The notes under the pieces: generated by a model
The model's database searches: none
Seen by the model: the letters and a program-made list of their open reading frames with translations, nothing else
What the model was told of the DNA's origin: nothing
Assembly (NCBI GenBank): GCA_036961295.1
Contig: JBALVX010000001.1
Coordinates: 25,114-89,113 of the forward strand
From: Porticoccaceae bacterium
GTDB lineage: Bacteria > Pseudomonadota > Gammaproteobacteria > Pseudomonadales > Porticoccaceae
Length of the DNA stretch: 64,000 bases
Direction of reading: 5' to 3'
In this document: positions 1 to 8,645 of the stretch, piece after piece
Numbering within the stretch: the first letter of the stretch is position 1
Layout: every line of letters begins with the position of its first letter
Translations under genes and position numbers: made by a program

Positions 1-618
1 GGCATGGAGCGAGTAAAAATATACAGTGAAGGTATGCCGAATCGTAAAGGCACTGGGCTGTATACTCAGAAGGTAATGGAAAACTTTCCCTGTTTGCCTG
101 TGGAAGAAGAAGGGCGTTTAGAAGATGCGCGTCTTAGAGAAAATTTTATTCAACGTGTCTATGTATATTCACGCTGGAAAATGATGCGCAGCCAACGCTT
201 TACCATTACACATCTACAGGAGTTTCATGCCAAACATAAATATATCTTTATGAGTCACAATCAGACAGAATCCAGAATGTTAGGCGTCTTATTGGCGGAA
301 AACAGCGGGTCTGATCTCGGTAGTTTGGCAGATAAATACCTCGATAATATGATGCGTACATTAAAGTGTATTGCAAGTAGAAAAAATCATGTTAATACAC
401 TGCAACATATTCAGGGCTACCTTAAAAAATATTTGGATGGAGAAGATAAAGCTGAGTTAAATACAATTATCGAAGACTACAGGAAAGGTTTGTTGCCTCT
501 TATCGTCCCCGTCACTCTATTAAGACATCATTTTAGGAAACATCCGAATAACTATATAACCCAGTCTTATTATATGCCTCCCCATCCAGGGGAGCTGATG
601 TTGCTCAATAATATATGA
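1..618 (+). CDS. DUF1722/YbgA-like protein, C-terminal part (5' end outside window)
   Basis: Frame open from nt 1 to TGA 616-618. Translation (ENFIQRVYVYSRW...LQEFHAKHKYIFMSHNQ...LLRHHFRKH) fits the DUF1722 pattern that usually follows a DUF523 domain. AT-rich. Confidence 0.6.
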   Translation, partial: GMERVKIYSEGMPNRKGTGLYTQKVMENFPCLPVEEEGRLEDARLRENFIQRVYVYSRWKMMRSQRFTITHLQEFHAKHKYIFMSHNQTESRMLGVLLAENSGSDLGSLADKYLDNMMRTLKCIASRKNHVNTLQHIQGYLKKYLDGEDKAELNTIIEDYRKGLLPLIVPVTLLRHHFRKHPNNYITQSYYMPPHPGELMLLNNI

Positions 619-728
619 AACAAGTTTCCGTAACAGATAAGTTCTAAAAAAATTACGTTTACGAGCTTGTCGAACCCATCGGTAAAAACTTTGATAGTGA
701 GTTCAAGCCAGAGCTGACTCCCAAAGAA

Positions 729-1115
729 ATGTTGAGCTTAGGTGTATTTGGGGGTAAATATTTGAACGATTGCCAACAAGAGTTTTCTGCTAATTGGTTT
801 GTCGGTGCAAAGTTAAGCCCGCAAATAAAAGATATTAGTCTTAATTATTTCTCGGTAGATGCTTCCCAGCCGCTCAGTGAATGGCAGCGAAAAGGCTGGA
901 TTCATCTTCAAGACCCTAGAGGCTGGTTCCAGTGGTATTGCCGTTACTATATGGGTAGGCGCACATCAGATGATGTACGCCAGATAAAAAGGTGGAAAGC
1001 CTTTAGGCGGCATGCATCTGCGGTTAAAAAGAACTGTGAAAGATACGATTTAAGCTGTCGAAAGAAACAGCGACAGGCCTTGTTACATTGGGCATACGAT
1101 TCACGAAATCTATAA
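729..1115 (+). CDS. conserved hypothetical protein (PRGWFQWYCRYYMGRR motif)
   Basis: 128-aa ORF. The frame is open and protein-like from nt 648 (KNYVYELVEPIGKNFDSEFKPELTPKE) but has no ATG/GTG/TTG before 729, so the true start is uncertain. Confidence 0.45.
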   Translation: MLSLGVFGGKYLNDCQQEFSANWFVGAKLSPQIKDISLNYFSVDASQPLSEWQRKGWIHLQDPRGWFQWYCRYYMGRRTSDDVRQIKRWKAFRRHASAVKKNCERYDLSCRKKQRQALLHWAYDSRNL

Positions 1116-1441
1116 ATCGTCCTAAAACACTAGGATCAGCAGACCTCTTTCCCTGTTTCCTGGGCCCTTCATCCCAAAAATTGATACTATAATCCATTGA
1201 TTATTAAGGTTGCTCGCTCTGAACAAAAGCTCCGGGGAACAAGAGCCCCGGGAATAACGAGAATAGTCGGGAATAGATTATCGTGTACACCGCATATAAG
1301 CAGAGTGAGACCCTCTAGCTTATTGTTTTTATAATCGAATTACCTTGGCTACGGTCTGCTACGTCCAAAATGGAGTGGAAAGTGATATAAAGCCTGTGTC
1401 TATTGAATAAACTGCTAGGGCCAATTAGGAAAAGGATATTT

Positions 1442-1954
1442 ATGAAAAAATATATAGATAATCTGGCAAAAGTTTTATTGGGCTCTTCCTATAATGATCT
1501 GGAAAAGCCTGAACAAAAAGTAATCGACAGCATAGCCGAAGCAGAACCAATTGTTGAAAACGTCAATGAATTGTTCCATGAGCAACTAACATTTGGACAA
1601 CGGCTTGCCGATAAAATATCAACGTTTGGTGGTTCTTGGGCCTTTATAATTATTTTTTTAACTATCTTGGTGTCATGGATGGCGGTTAATTCTTTTTACT
1701 TAATTAGTCCCAAACAAGCCTTTGACCCGTATCCATATATATTTCTGAATCTTATGCTATCTACAATTGCTGCTCTCCAAGCGCCAGTTATAATGATGTC
1801 ACAAAACAGAAACACAGCCAAAGACCGTCTAGATATTACTCAAAATTATAAGGTAAGCTTAAAAACAGAATTGGAAATCATACGCCTTCATCAAAAAATA
1901 GATGAACTCACAAAAACACTTTCTCAAAACAAAGTAATTGATGAAGAGCCCTAA
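1442..1954 (+). CDS. DUF1003-like membrane protein
   Basis: ATG 1442 is preceded by AGGAAAAGGA. Two TM helices plus NLMLSTIAALQAPVIMMSQNR and a coiled C-terminus are typical of DUF1003. The longer ORF from TTG 1403 is less likely. Confidence 0.65.
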   Translation: MKKYIDNLAKVLLGSSYNDLEKPEQKVIDSIAEAEPIVENVNELFHEQLTFGQRLADKISTFGGSWAFIIIFLTILVSWMAVNSFYLISPKQAFDPYPYIFLNLMLSTIAALQAPVIMMSQNRNTAKDRLDITQNYKVSLKTELEIIRLHQKIDELTKTLSQNKVIDEEP

Positions 1955-2020
1955 CAATACGTTTAAATCGCTGCGCTCGGACAAGCAAAAAGCGGCTTGC
2001 CGTTTAACTCTGCGTTACGT
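1949..2020 (+). repeat. attC-like recombination site A (72 bp)
   Basis: R'' CCCTAAC (contains the TAA stop of the upstream ORF) - 5 nt - L'' GTTTAAA ... L' GTTTAAC - 5 nt - R' GTTACGT. L''/L' pair with one extra base in L''. The internal stem is cggacaagc/gcttgccg. Confidence 0.5.
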
Positions 2021-2040
2021 GTCATAAATCGGAGTATTAG

Positions 2041-2355
2041 ATGGCAGGAAAGTATCCGGATAGAATCAGAGCGCTACCACCTTATGATGGGCGTTTTGAC
2101 GCATACAAACTTGAAGCAAAAGAAGGCGATGTCCTTTTCGCATCATATCCTGCTGGCACATCCATTCCTCCCCATGTTCATGACACTGACAATCATGGTG
2201 TTATCACACGCGGTGAGTTGATATTGAGCATGAACGGCGAAGTAACTAAAGTAAGCGTGGGTGAGTGGTACCATGTTCCCGCAAATGTTGAGCACTCTGC
2301 CGAATTTGAAGTTGAAACAGATGAGGTTGAATTCTGGTTCCATGCAAACACTTAA
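2041..2355 (+). CDS. cupin domain protein
   Basis: 104 aa with GGAG RBS at 2031-2034. Cupin metal motifs PHVHDTDNHGV...EHSAEF. Stop TAA lies inside ACTTAAC (2350-2356), a perfect RYYYAAC box. Confidence 0.7.
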   Translation: MAGKYPDRIRALPPYDGRFDAYKLEAKEGDVLFASYPAGTSIPPHVHDTDNHGVITRGELILSMNGEVTKVSVGEWYHVPANVEHSAEFEVETDEVEFWFHANT

Positions 2356-2441
2356 CAAATCACTCCAATGGGGTTTATAGTTCCCACCATAATGAGGGTT
2401 GTAACAACCCTGAATTAAATTCACCTAATAGAGGATCAGTA

Positions 2442-4070
2442 ATGTTGGATCAGGACAGTAAAGCGGCGGTCTCCACTAGCACAGTCGACGCGGTGGTTAT
2501 CGGAGCCGGTGTGGCGGGGCTCTACCAGATTCATCAGTTGCGAGAGCAGGGCCTCAGCGTGAGAGGGTTTGATGCCGCGTCCGATGTGGGTGGCACCTGG
2601 AACTGGAATCGCTATCCGGGGGCTCGTTTTGATTCTGAATGCTATATCTACCAGTATTTGTTCTCCGAGGATCTTTACAAGGACTGGAGCTGGAGCGAGC
2701 GTTTTCCCGGACAACCGGAAATTGAACGCTGGATGCATTACGTGGCGGACCGCCTCGATCTGCGTCGCAGCATACAGTTCAACACCACAATCCAGAGCGC
2801 GCATTTTAATGAGGCCACCGAACGCTGGCTCGTCACCACCGACAGCGGCGAGGTCATCGACACAGGATTTTTAGTCACCTGCTGCGGCATGTTATCGGCA
2901 CCGCTGTCGTCCCTGTTTCCCGGGCAGGAAACCTTCAAGGGACAGATTTTTCACACCGCGCGCTGGCCAAAAGAACCGGTCGATTTAGCGGGCAAGCGAG
3001 TTGGCGTTATTGGTAACGGCGCGACAGGTATTCAGGTGATTCAGACCATCGCCGAGAAGGTCGAACATCTTTCCGTTTTTATCCGCTCGCCGCAATATGT
3101 ACTGCCCATGAAAAATATCAAGTATGGCGCGGCAGAAGTCGAAGGGTATAAATCGAGATTTAAGGAGCTTGCCGAGACCTTACCCCACACCTTTTCCGGC
3201 TTCGAATACGACGTCGAGCACACCTGGGCAGAACTGACACCCCAGCAGCGCCTCGACGTCCTTGAAGAGGGCTGGAGCAATGGCTCCCTGAAATTGTGGT
3301 TGGCCTCATTCGCCGAAGTATTTACCGACGAAGATGTCAGCGCGCAAATCTCCGAGTTTGTGCGGGAAAAGATGCGCGCGCGGCTCAAGGACCCCAAATT
3401 GTGTGAACTGTTGATACCCACTGACTTCGGTTTTGGCACGCACCGGGTTCCGCTGGAGACCAATTACCTGGAAGTCTACCATCGGCCCAATGTCGAAATC
3501 GTTAGCGTTAAAGATAATGCCATCGAAAGCGTTACGCCTGAAGGCATAAAAACGGCTGACGGCACCGTCCACCCACTCGACATCATCATCCTCGCCACTG
3601 GTTTTGACGCCGGCACTGGCGCGTTAACCCGCATTGATATCCGTGGTCGGGAAGGGCGCTCTCTGAAAGAAGACTGGAGTAAAGATATTCGCACCACCAT
3701 GGGTTTGCAGGTACACGGTTACCCGAATCTGTTCACCACCGGCGCACCCCTTGCGCCCTCAGCGGCGCTGTGCAATATGACAACCTGTCTGCAACAGCAA
3801 ACGGAATGGATCAGTGCCTGTATCAAATACCTACGCAACAAAAATTTGAAATGCATAGAGCCGACTCAGGAAGCCGAGGAGCAGTGGATCACCCATCACG
3901 AAGAACTGGCCAATGCCACCTTGGTGGCCAAAACGTCGTCCTGGTACATGGGTTCAAATGTCGAAGGTAAACCGCGGCGACTACTATCCTATATCGGCGG
4001 CGTGGGGGATTACCGCAACCGTTGTAATGAGGTCGCTGAAAAGGGTTATCCGGGTTTTGACGTTCATTGA
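2442..4070 (+). CDS. type I Baeyer-Villiger (flavin-dependent) monooxygenase
   Basis: 542 aa. Motifs GAGVAGLY FAD fold, GGTWNWNRYPGARFDSE, BVMO fingerprint FKGQIFHTARWP and a second Rossmann motif GNGATG. AGAGGA RBS. Confidence 0.85.
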   Translation: MLDQDSKAAVSTSTVDAVVIGAGVAGLYQIHQLREQGLSVRGFDAASDVGGTWNWNRYPGARFDSECYIYQYLFSEDLYKDWSWSERFPGQPEIERWMHYVADRLDLRRSIQFNTTIQSAHFNEATERWLVTTDSGEVIDTGFLVTCCGMLSAPLSSLFPGQETFKGQIFHTARWPKEPVDLAGKRVGVIGNGATGIQVIQTIAEKVEHLSVFIRSPQYVLPMKNIKYGAAEVEGYKSRFKELAETLPHTFSGFEYDVEHTWAELTPQQRLDVLEEGWSNGSLKLWLASFAEVFTDEDVSAQISEFVREKMRARLKDPKLCELLIPTDFGFGTHRVPLETNYLEVYHRPNVEIVSVKDNAIESVTPEGIKTADGTVHPLDIIILATGFDAGTGALTRIDIRGREGRSLKEDWSKDIRTTMGLQVHGYPNLFTTGAPLAPSAALCNMTTCLQQQTEWISACIKYLRNKNLKCIEPTQEAEEQWITHHEELANATLVAKTSSWYMGSNVEGKPRRLLSYIGGVGDYRNRCNEVAEKGYPGFDVH

Positions 4071-4105
4071 GTTGAAGGGGTGTTGTATGCTTTTTAGGAT
4101 ATTGT

Positions 4106-4273
4106 ATGAATGCCGCACAATCTCTTGACGACTTGCGTTCCCCTCCTGGAAACAGGCTCGAACCATTAAAAGGTGAGCTCAAGGGTTTTCACAGCATTCG
4201 TATTAATTCCCAGTGGCGCATTATTTTCCGCTGGGCCGAAGGTGGTGCCACCAATGTCCAGATCGTGGACTAA
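4106..4273 (+). pseudogene. higB: HigB-type (COG3549 killer) toxin remnant, N-terminally truncated with premature TAA
   Basis: 55-codon ORF NAAQSLDDLRSPPGNRLEPLKGELKGFHSIRINSQWRIIFRWAEGGATNVQIVD* matches only the C-terminal ~60% of about 92-aa HigB toxins. The frame opens 6 codons after the BVMO stop. It ends GAC TAA CAC TAA where the family ends VDYH. Confidence 0.7.
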
Positions 4274-4295
4274 CACTAAAATTTAGAGGTGTCAT

Positions 4296-4586
4296 ATGAT
4301 TCCCTGCAATAGAACTGCAACGCATCCAGGGGTCATTTTGCTCAAAGAGTTTCTTGAGCCACTGGATTTAACGCAAAAGGCTTTGGCGGCACACGTCGGT
4401 GTTCCTGTGCAGCGAGTTAATGAAATTGTTCGCGGTAAACGCGGCTTTACGCCGGAAACTGCATGGCTGCTTTCCGAGGCGCTGCGTACAACTCCAGAGT
4501 TTTGGCTCAATCTTCAATCCATACATGATTTGTCGGCCAATCGTCCCGATAATCACATTGAGCTATTGATCGCAGCGGGCATGTAG
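4296..4586 (+). CDS. higA: HigA-family antitoxin (XRE HTH)
   Basis: 96 aa. HPGVILLKEFLEPLDLTQKALAAHVGVPVQRVNEIVRGKRGFTPETAWLLSEAL is a typical HigA HTH. Starts 22 nt after the higB remnant. Confidence 0.85.
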   Translation: MIPCNRTATHPGVILLKEFLEPLDLTQKALAAHVGVPVQRVNEIVRGKRGFTPETAWLLSEALRTTPEFWLNLQSIHDLSANRPDNHIELLIAAGM

Positions 4587-4728
4587 CAAGCGTGACGCCC
4601 TTGCTTGTTAAGGGGTTAGATAGAATCTGCGCCTAACATCAATCGGGCTGCCACGCAGAAAACTTGGTAGTGCAGGTTTGGGCCTCACTTTAGCGCTTTA
4701 TAAAAACAGATAAAACTGTGGAATATCG

Positions 4729-4821
4729 ATCTTACAAGCGCATTAAGTTCGTTCCGACGCTGCGCATCTCCACTAGACCCAGCCTGCTTCGCAGTTTGCG
4801 TTGTTTATGCGGACGTTAAAA
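4729..4821 (+). repeat. attC-like recombination site B (93 bp, degenerate R'')
   Basis: ATCTTAC - 5 nt - CATTAAG ... GTTTATG - 5 nt - GTTAAAA, the same 7-5-7 spacing as sites A and C. Shares TTAAGTTCG and ACGTTAAAA with site C. Confidence 0.4.
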
Positions 4822-4835
4822 CTCAAAATCGAAAT

Positions 4836-5051
4836 ATGCCTAAATCAATAAAGCTTTTTCTTTTCTGTTACTTTGCCTCTTTAGTTATTGGTTTGGTGGG
4901 CATGTTTGTTTCTGGCGCTGTAAAGAATTTAGTGGGTGGAACTGCAATTTATGTAGCTGTCACTCTATTAATAATGTTTGCTTCATTGTTTTTTTATCAC
5001 AAAGCAACATTCGTGGGCAAAATGGGTATACGTGATATTCGCTGGCTCTGA
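4836..5051 (+). CDS. small hydrophobic protein (2 TM), possibly the 5' part of a frameshifted gene
   Basis: 71-aa ORF in very AT-rich DNA. It overlaps ORF 4978..5217 in another frame. Together they would give an approximately 125-aa 3-TM protein. Confidence 0.3.
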   Translation: MPKSIKLFLFCYFASLVIGLVGMFVSGAVKNLVGGTAIYVAVTLLIMFASLFFYHKATFVGKMGIRDIRWL

Positions 5052-5217
5052 TGCTTTAAATAAAATATGGGTTCTATATTTTTTCGGGCAAAAGTCCTTT
5101 GTTTTGTCAACTATCATAGCGCTGCAATTTGTGCTTTTAGTTTATTCTATATTTTTATTGTTTTATAAAGACAGTTATATTTGGTTCAAGAAAGCGTGTG
5201 ATCAATGGAAGGTGTAA
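4978..5217 (+). CDS. small hydrophobic protein / 3' part of a frameshifted gene
   Basis: 79-aa ORF. Its stop TAA is embedded in the GTGTAAC R'' box of attC-like site C. Confidence 0.3.
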   Translation: MLHCFFITKQHSWAKWVYVIFAGSDALNKIWVLYFFGQKSFVLSTIIALQFVLLVYSIFLLFYKDSYIWFKKACDQWKV

Positions 5218-5278
5218 CAAGTTGCTTAAGTTCGGTCGCTTTGCCGTAGTTTGTCTGGCCCTTAGCGAAACGTTAAAA
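5212..5278 (+). repeat. attC-like recombination site C (67 bp)
   Basis: R'' GTGTAAC (contains the ORF stop) - AAGTT - L'' GCTTAAG ... L' CCTTAGC - GAAAC - R' GTTAAAA. L'' has one extra A relative to L' (extrahelical base). The spacers do not pair (UCS-like). Confidence 0.5.
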
Positions 5279-5325
5279 GAACCCACTATCTTATTAAAGC
5301 AACCCACTTAACCCCAAACCAATCC

Positions 5326-5661
5326 CTACTTTTTCTTCTCAGTCGATCGCAACAGGTTAGACAGCTTCGGATTCGGCTTGCTGGCTTTCCGCAATAGCAA
5401 TGCGATATGACCAATGGTCTGCACCAGTTGGGTCTTGCAGGTTTTGTTAAGTTGGGCCAGTAGCTTGCGGCGGTCGTCGCGATCAGCCACGGCTATTTTG
5501 ACTTTGATCAATTCGTGATCGTCGAGCGCGCGTTCCAGCTCTGCTAGCACGGTAGGGGAAAGCCCCTTGTCGGCGATGGTAACCGTAGGCTTTAGGTCGT
5601 GGCCGATGCGGCGCAGGTACTTCTTTTGCTCGTTACTGAGTGCGGTGGATGTTACAGTCAT
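5326..5661 (-). CDS. yhbY: ribosome assembly RNA-binding protein YhbY (CRM domain)
   Basis: 111 aa. LSNEQKKYLRRIGHDLKPTVTIADKGLSPTVLAELERALDDHELIKVK. Divergent from rlmE, as in E. coli. Confidence 0.85.
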   Translation of the reverse strand: MTVTSTALSNEQKKYLRRIGHDLKPTVTIADKGLSPTVLAELERALDDHELIKVKIAVADRDDRRKLLAQLNKTCKTQLVQTIGHIALLLRKASKPNPKLSNLLRSTEKKK

Positions 5662-5745
5662 GGGTGGTTCGGGCCGTTGGTCGGGGCGCGGGATTTTAAC
5701 AGAAATTGGGCTGGCGAGGCCCCTTGATAGAAAAGATAGGCGAGT

Positions 5746-6375
5746 ATGGGTAAATCGAAAAGCGGAAGTAGTCGGCGCTGGTTACAGGAGCACGAGGCTG
5801 ATCACTATGTACAAAAGGCGCGGAAGGACGGCTATCGCTCCCGTGCCAGCTATAAATTGCTGGAGCTGGATACGAAGAATCGCCTGTTAAAACCGGGAAT
5901 GACGGTGGTTGATCTGGGTGCTGCGCCCGGGGGCTGGTGTCAGGTAGCGGCTGAAAAAATTGGCTCGAAGGGGCGAATCATTGCCTGCGATATCTTGCCG
6001 ATGGATAACCTGGCGGATGTGGAAATACTGTGCGGTGATTTTACCGAAGAAGCGGTACTCGCCGAGCTTGAAACTATGGTCGGCGGCGCGCCCATTGACC
6101 TTGTAATGTCGGATCTGGCACCCAATGTAAGTGGGATAAAGGAAGTGGATCAGCCTCGGTCCATGTATTTAGTGGAGCTGGCGCTGGAGTTTGCGCGCCA
6201 GGTTTTGAGACCGGGCGGGGTGTTTGTGACGAAGGTTTTTCAGGGTGAGGGTTCCGATGCTCTGCTCAAAGAAGTTCGTCAAGGTTTTCAAAAGGTTACC
6301 ATTCGTAAGCCGGAAGCGTCGCGACCGCGATCCAGAGAGGTTTACTGGGTTGCCACAGGTTTTCGGGCAAAATAG
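5746..6375 (+). CDS. rlmE: 23S rRNA (uridine2552-2'-O)-methyltransferase RlmE/FtsJ
   Basis: 209 aa. [30 protein letters not shown] and SAM motif [13 protein letters not shown]. Confidence 0.95.
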   Translation: MGKSKSGSSRRWLQEHEADHYVQKARKDGYRSRASYKLLELDTKNRLLKPGMTVVDLGAAPGGWCQVAAEKIGSKGRIIACDILPMDNLADVEILCGDFTEEAVLAELETMVGGAPIDLVMSDLAPNVSGIKEVDQPRSMYLVELALEFARQVLRPGGVFVTKVFQGEGSDALLKEVRQGFQKVTIRKPEASRPRSREVYWVATGFRAK

Positions 6376-6484
6376 CCCAGTTTTCGCGACGGAATAGCTG
6401 GCGCGGCAGAATTGAGCGGTCAAAACTGGTTATAATTGATATTCGTACCAAAACATTGGCGATGGCCAATTCGAGGATTTCAGG

Positions 6485-8440
6485 TTGAGTGAAGTAGCAA
6501 AGAATGTGATTCTCTGGCTGGTGATTGGCGCCGTGCTGTTTTCGGTGTTCCGGAATTTTCAGGAAGGGCCCGCACCGCAGAACATCACCTACACCAATTT
6601 TATTGATGAAGTGCAGAGTGGAAACGTTCGCAGTGTGCTAATTGACGAGTTGGTCATTCTGGGTGAGCGGGAAAATGGTGAGAAGTTTCGCTCCATCCGA
6701 CCCTATGCCAGCGATGACGGCATGATGAAGGACCTGCTCAATAACAACGTTAATATTTCCGGTAAAGAGCCGGACAAGGCCAGTTTTTGGCAGAGCCTGT
6801 TTTTGGCGATATTACCAATCCTATTGATTGTCGGCATTTTTGTGTTCTTTATGCGGCAAATGCAGGGCGGCGCGGGCGGTGGTCGAGGCGGCCCCATGTC
6901 CTTCGGTAAATCTAAAGCGCGCTTGCTCAGCGAAGATCAAATTAAAACTACTTTTGCCGATGTCGCCGGTGTCGATGAAGCCAAAGAAGAAGTTGGCGAG
7001 CTGGTGGAATTTCTGAGCGATCCTTCCAAGTTCCAAAGCCTGGGTGGTCGTATTCCCCGTGGCGTGTTGATGTCTGGCCCTCCGGGTACCGGTAAAACCT
7101 TGCTGGCCAAGGCGATTGCTGGCGAGGCGAAGGTGCCGTTCTTTTCTATCTCGGGTTCTGACTTTGTCGAAATGTTTGTCGGCGTGGGTGCGTCCCGCGT
7201 GCGCGATATGTTCGAGCAAGCTAAAAAACAAGCGCCCTGCATTATCTTTATTGATGAGATTGATGCGGTGGGCCGTACCCGCGGTGGCGGTATCGGCGGT
7301 GGTAATGACGAGCGCGAGCAAACGCTAAACCAATTGTTGGTTGAGATGGATGGCTTTGAGGGCAACGAAGGGGTGATTGTAATCGCCGCATCTAACCGCC
7401 CCGATGTGTTGGATAAAGCCTTGCTGCGCCCCGGACGTTTTGATCGCCAGGTCTATGTCGGCTTGCCGGACATTCGCGGTCGCGAACATATTCTTAAAGT
7501 TCACGCGCGCAAAGTGCCCCTGGACGAAGACGTTAAACTCAATGTGATTGCTCGCGGTACGCCGGGTTTCTCTGGTGCCGATCTTGCCAACTTGATCAAC
7601 GAGGCCGCGCTGTTTGCGGCGCGGTCCGATAAGCGTCTGGTCACCATGGAAGAGTTTGAGAAAGCCCGAGACAAAATCATGATGGGTGCCGAGCGCCGCT
7701 CCATGGTGATGTCCGAAGAAGAAAAAGCCAATACCGCCTATCACGAAGCGGGCCATGCCATTATTGGTCGTTTAGTGCCGGGCCACGATCCGGTGCATAA
7801 GGTCACTATTATTCCCCGTGGTCGCGCTCTGGGTGTTACCCAGTTCCTGCCCGAAGAAGATCAATACAGCATCAACAAACGACAACTGGAAGGCCAGATT
7901 TGCAGTTTGTTCGGGGGTCGAATCGCCGAGGAGTTAATACACGGTGCCGACGGCGTTACGACTGGTGCCTCTAACGATATTGAGCGCGCTAGTCAGTTGG
8001 CGCGGAGCATGGTAACCAAGTGGGGTTTGACCGAAAAACTCGGGCCCATCCTCTACGGTGAAGAGCAAACTATGGACCCTTCCGAGAGAGGCAGAAATTT
8101 CTCGGGAGAAACCTCCAAGCAAATCGATCACGAAGTACGCGGTATTATTGACCGCTGCTATCAGCGGGCGAATAAATTGCTCGAAGACAATATCGATATT
8201 TTGCACGCGATGAAAGCAGCGCTGATGGAATACGAAACCATCGATGCCGATCAAGTCAACGATTTGATGGAGCGGCGCACGGTGCGTCCGCCGCAAGGCT
8301 GGGACGACGATTTAGATCACCGCTCGGGTGGCAGCAAGCCCAAGGAAGCCGATGTTAGTGGCAATGTAGATGCGGACGTAAATACGGATGGAGATACGGA
8401 TAAGGAAAGCCCTATTGGCGGACCGGTCGAGGACAGCTAG
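6485..8440 (+). CDS. ftsH: ATP-dependent zinc metalloprotease FtsH
   Basis: 651 aa. Walker [12 protein letters not shown], zinc site HEAGHA. TTG start with GAGGA 8 nt upstream. Acidic C-terminal tail. Confidence 0.97.
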   Translation: MSEVAKNVILWLVIGAVLFSVFRNFQEGPAPQNITYTNFIDEVQSGNVRSVLIDELVILGERENGEKFRSIRPYASDDGMMKDLLNNNVNISGKEPDKASFWQSLFLAILPILLIVGIFVFFMRQMQGGAGGGRGGPMSFGKSKARLLSEDQIKTTFADVAGVDEAKEEVGELVEFLSDPSKFQSLGGRIPRGVLMSGPPGTGKTLLAKAIAGEAKVPFFSISGSDFVEMFVGVGASRVRDMFEQAKKQAPCIIFIDEIDAVGRTRGGGIGGGNDEREQTLNQLLVEMDGFEGNEGVIVIAASNRPDVLDKALLRPGRFDRQVYVGLPDIRGREHILKVHARKVPLDEDVKLNVIARGTPGFSGADLANLINEAALFAARSDKRLVTMEEFEKARDKIMMGAERRSMVMSEEEKANTAYHEAGHAIIGRLVPGHDPVHKVTIIPRGRALGVTQFLPEEDQYSINKRQLEGQICSLFGGRIAEELIHGADGVTTGASNDIERASQLARSMVTKWGLTEKLGPILYGEEQTMDPSERGRNFSGETSKQIDHEVRGIIDRCYQRANKLLEDNIDILHAMKAALMEYETIDADQVNDLMERRTVRPPQGWDDDLDHRSGGSKPKEADVSGNVDADVNTDGDTDKESPIGGPVEDS

Positions 8441-8483
8441 GTATAAAGGCTGGACATTTAGAGCGGCGTTTCGATTCCGAAAT

Positions 8484-8524
8484 AAAGCCGGTTGACCCTA
8501 AGGGTTGGCTGGCTTTATTGTTTT
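8484..8524 (+). terminator. rho-independent terminator after ftsH
   Basis: aaagcc...ggcttt stem enclosing accc/gggt, followed by attgtttt. Confidence 0.55.
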
Positions 8525-8580
8525 AAGTGGGAGCTAGAACTGATAAATAAAAATGGAATTTTCAGATTCGGTTTTTTGAG

Positions 8581-8641
8581 TCCCTTAATTTTAAGTTAAT
8601 TAGTTTTAAGTCCATTAGTTTTTAAGTGAATGAGTTTTTAA
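8581..8641. repeat. tandem repeat, 4 x 15-16 bp (..ttagttttaag)
   Basis: Units are tcccttaattttaag / ttaattagttttaag / tccattagtttttaag / tgaatgagtttttaa. The array ends 4 nt before the folP ATG. Confidence 0.8.
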
Positions 8642-8645
8642 TTTT

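Larger units (their letters stand above)
1..5278 (+). mobile_element. putative integron gene-cassette array (distal end) or CALIN; no intI in window
   Basis: All ORFs are co-oriented, unrelated and compositionally mosaic. A TA module is present, stop codons sit inside ..AACAA boxes, and there are three attC-like sites. The array ends 48 bp from core gene yhbY. Confidence 0.4.

Noticed and set aside
615-663. attC-like segment after the first ORF (TGAAAC-AAGTT-TCCGTAA...TTACG-GTTTACG). Other partial candidates are at 1122-1331, 2350-2404 (perfect R'' ACTTAAC, poor R' GTTGTAA) and 4629-4708 (GCGCCTAA...TTTAGCGC inverted repeat).
   Set aside because: They do not fit the 7-5-7...7-5-7 template met by sites A, B and C (wrong spacer lengths, no GTTRRRY, or about 200 bp long). 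They are kept only as possible decayed sites.
1997-2424. ORFs 1997..2221 (+) and 2143..2424 (-) overlapping the cupin gene.
   Set aside because: The cupin frame has an RBS and clear metal-binding motifs. The alternatives overlap attC-like site A or the cupin coding region.
6703-8296. Multiple 60-166-aa antisense or alternate-frame ORFs inside ftsH (for example 6821..7321 -, 6937..7365 -, 7325..7756 -).
   Set aside because: They are fully embedded in a clearly identified, highly conserved gene. Their low-complexity Ala/Arg/Pro-rich translations are typical of shadow ORFs in GC-rich coding DNA.
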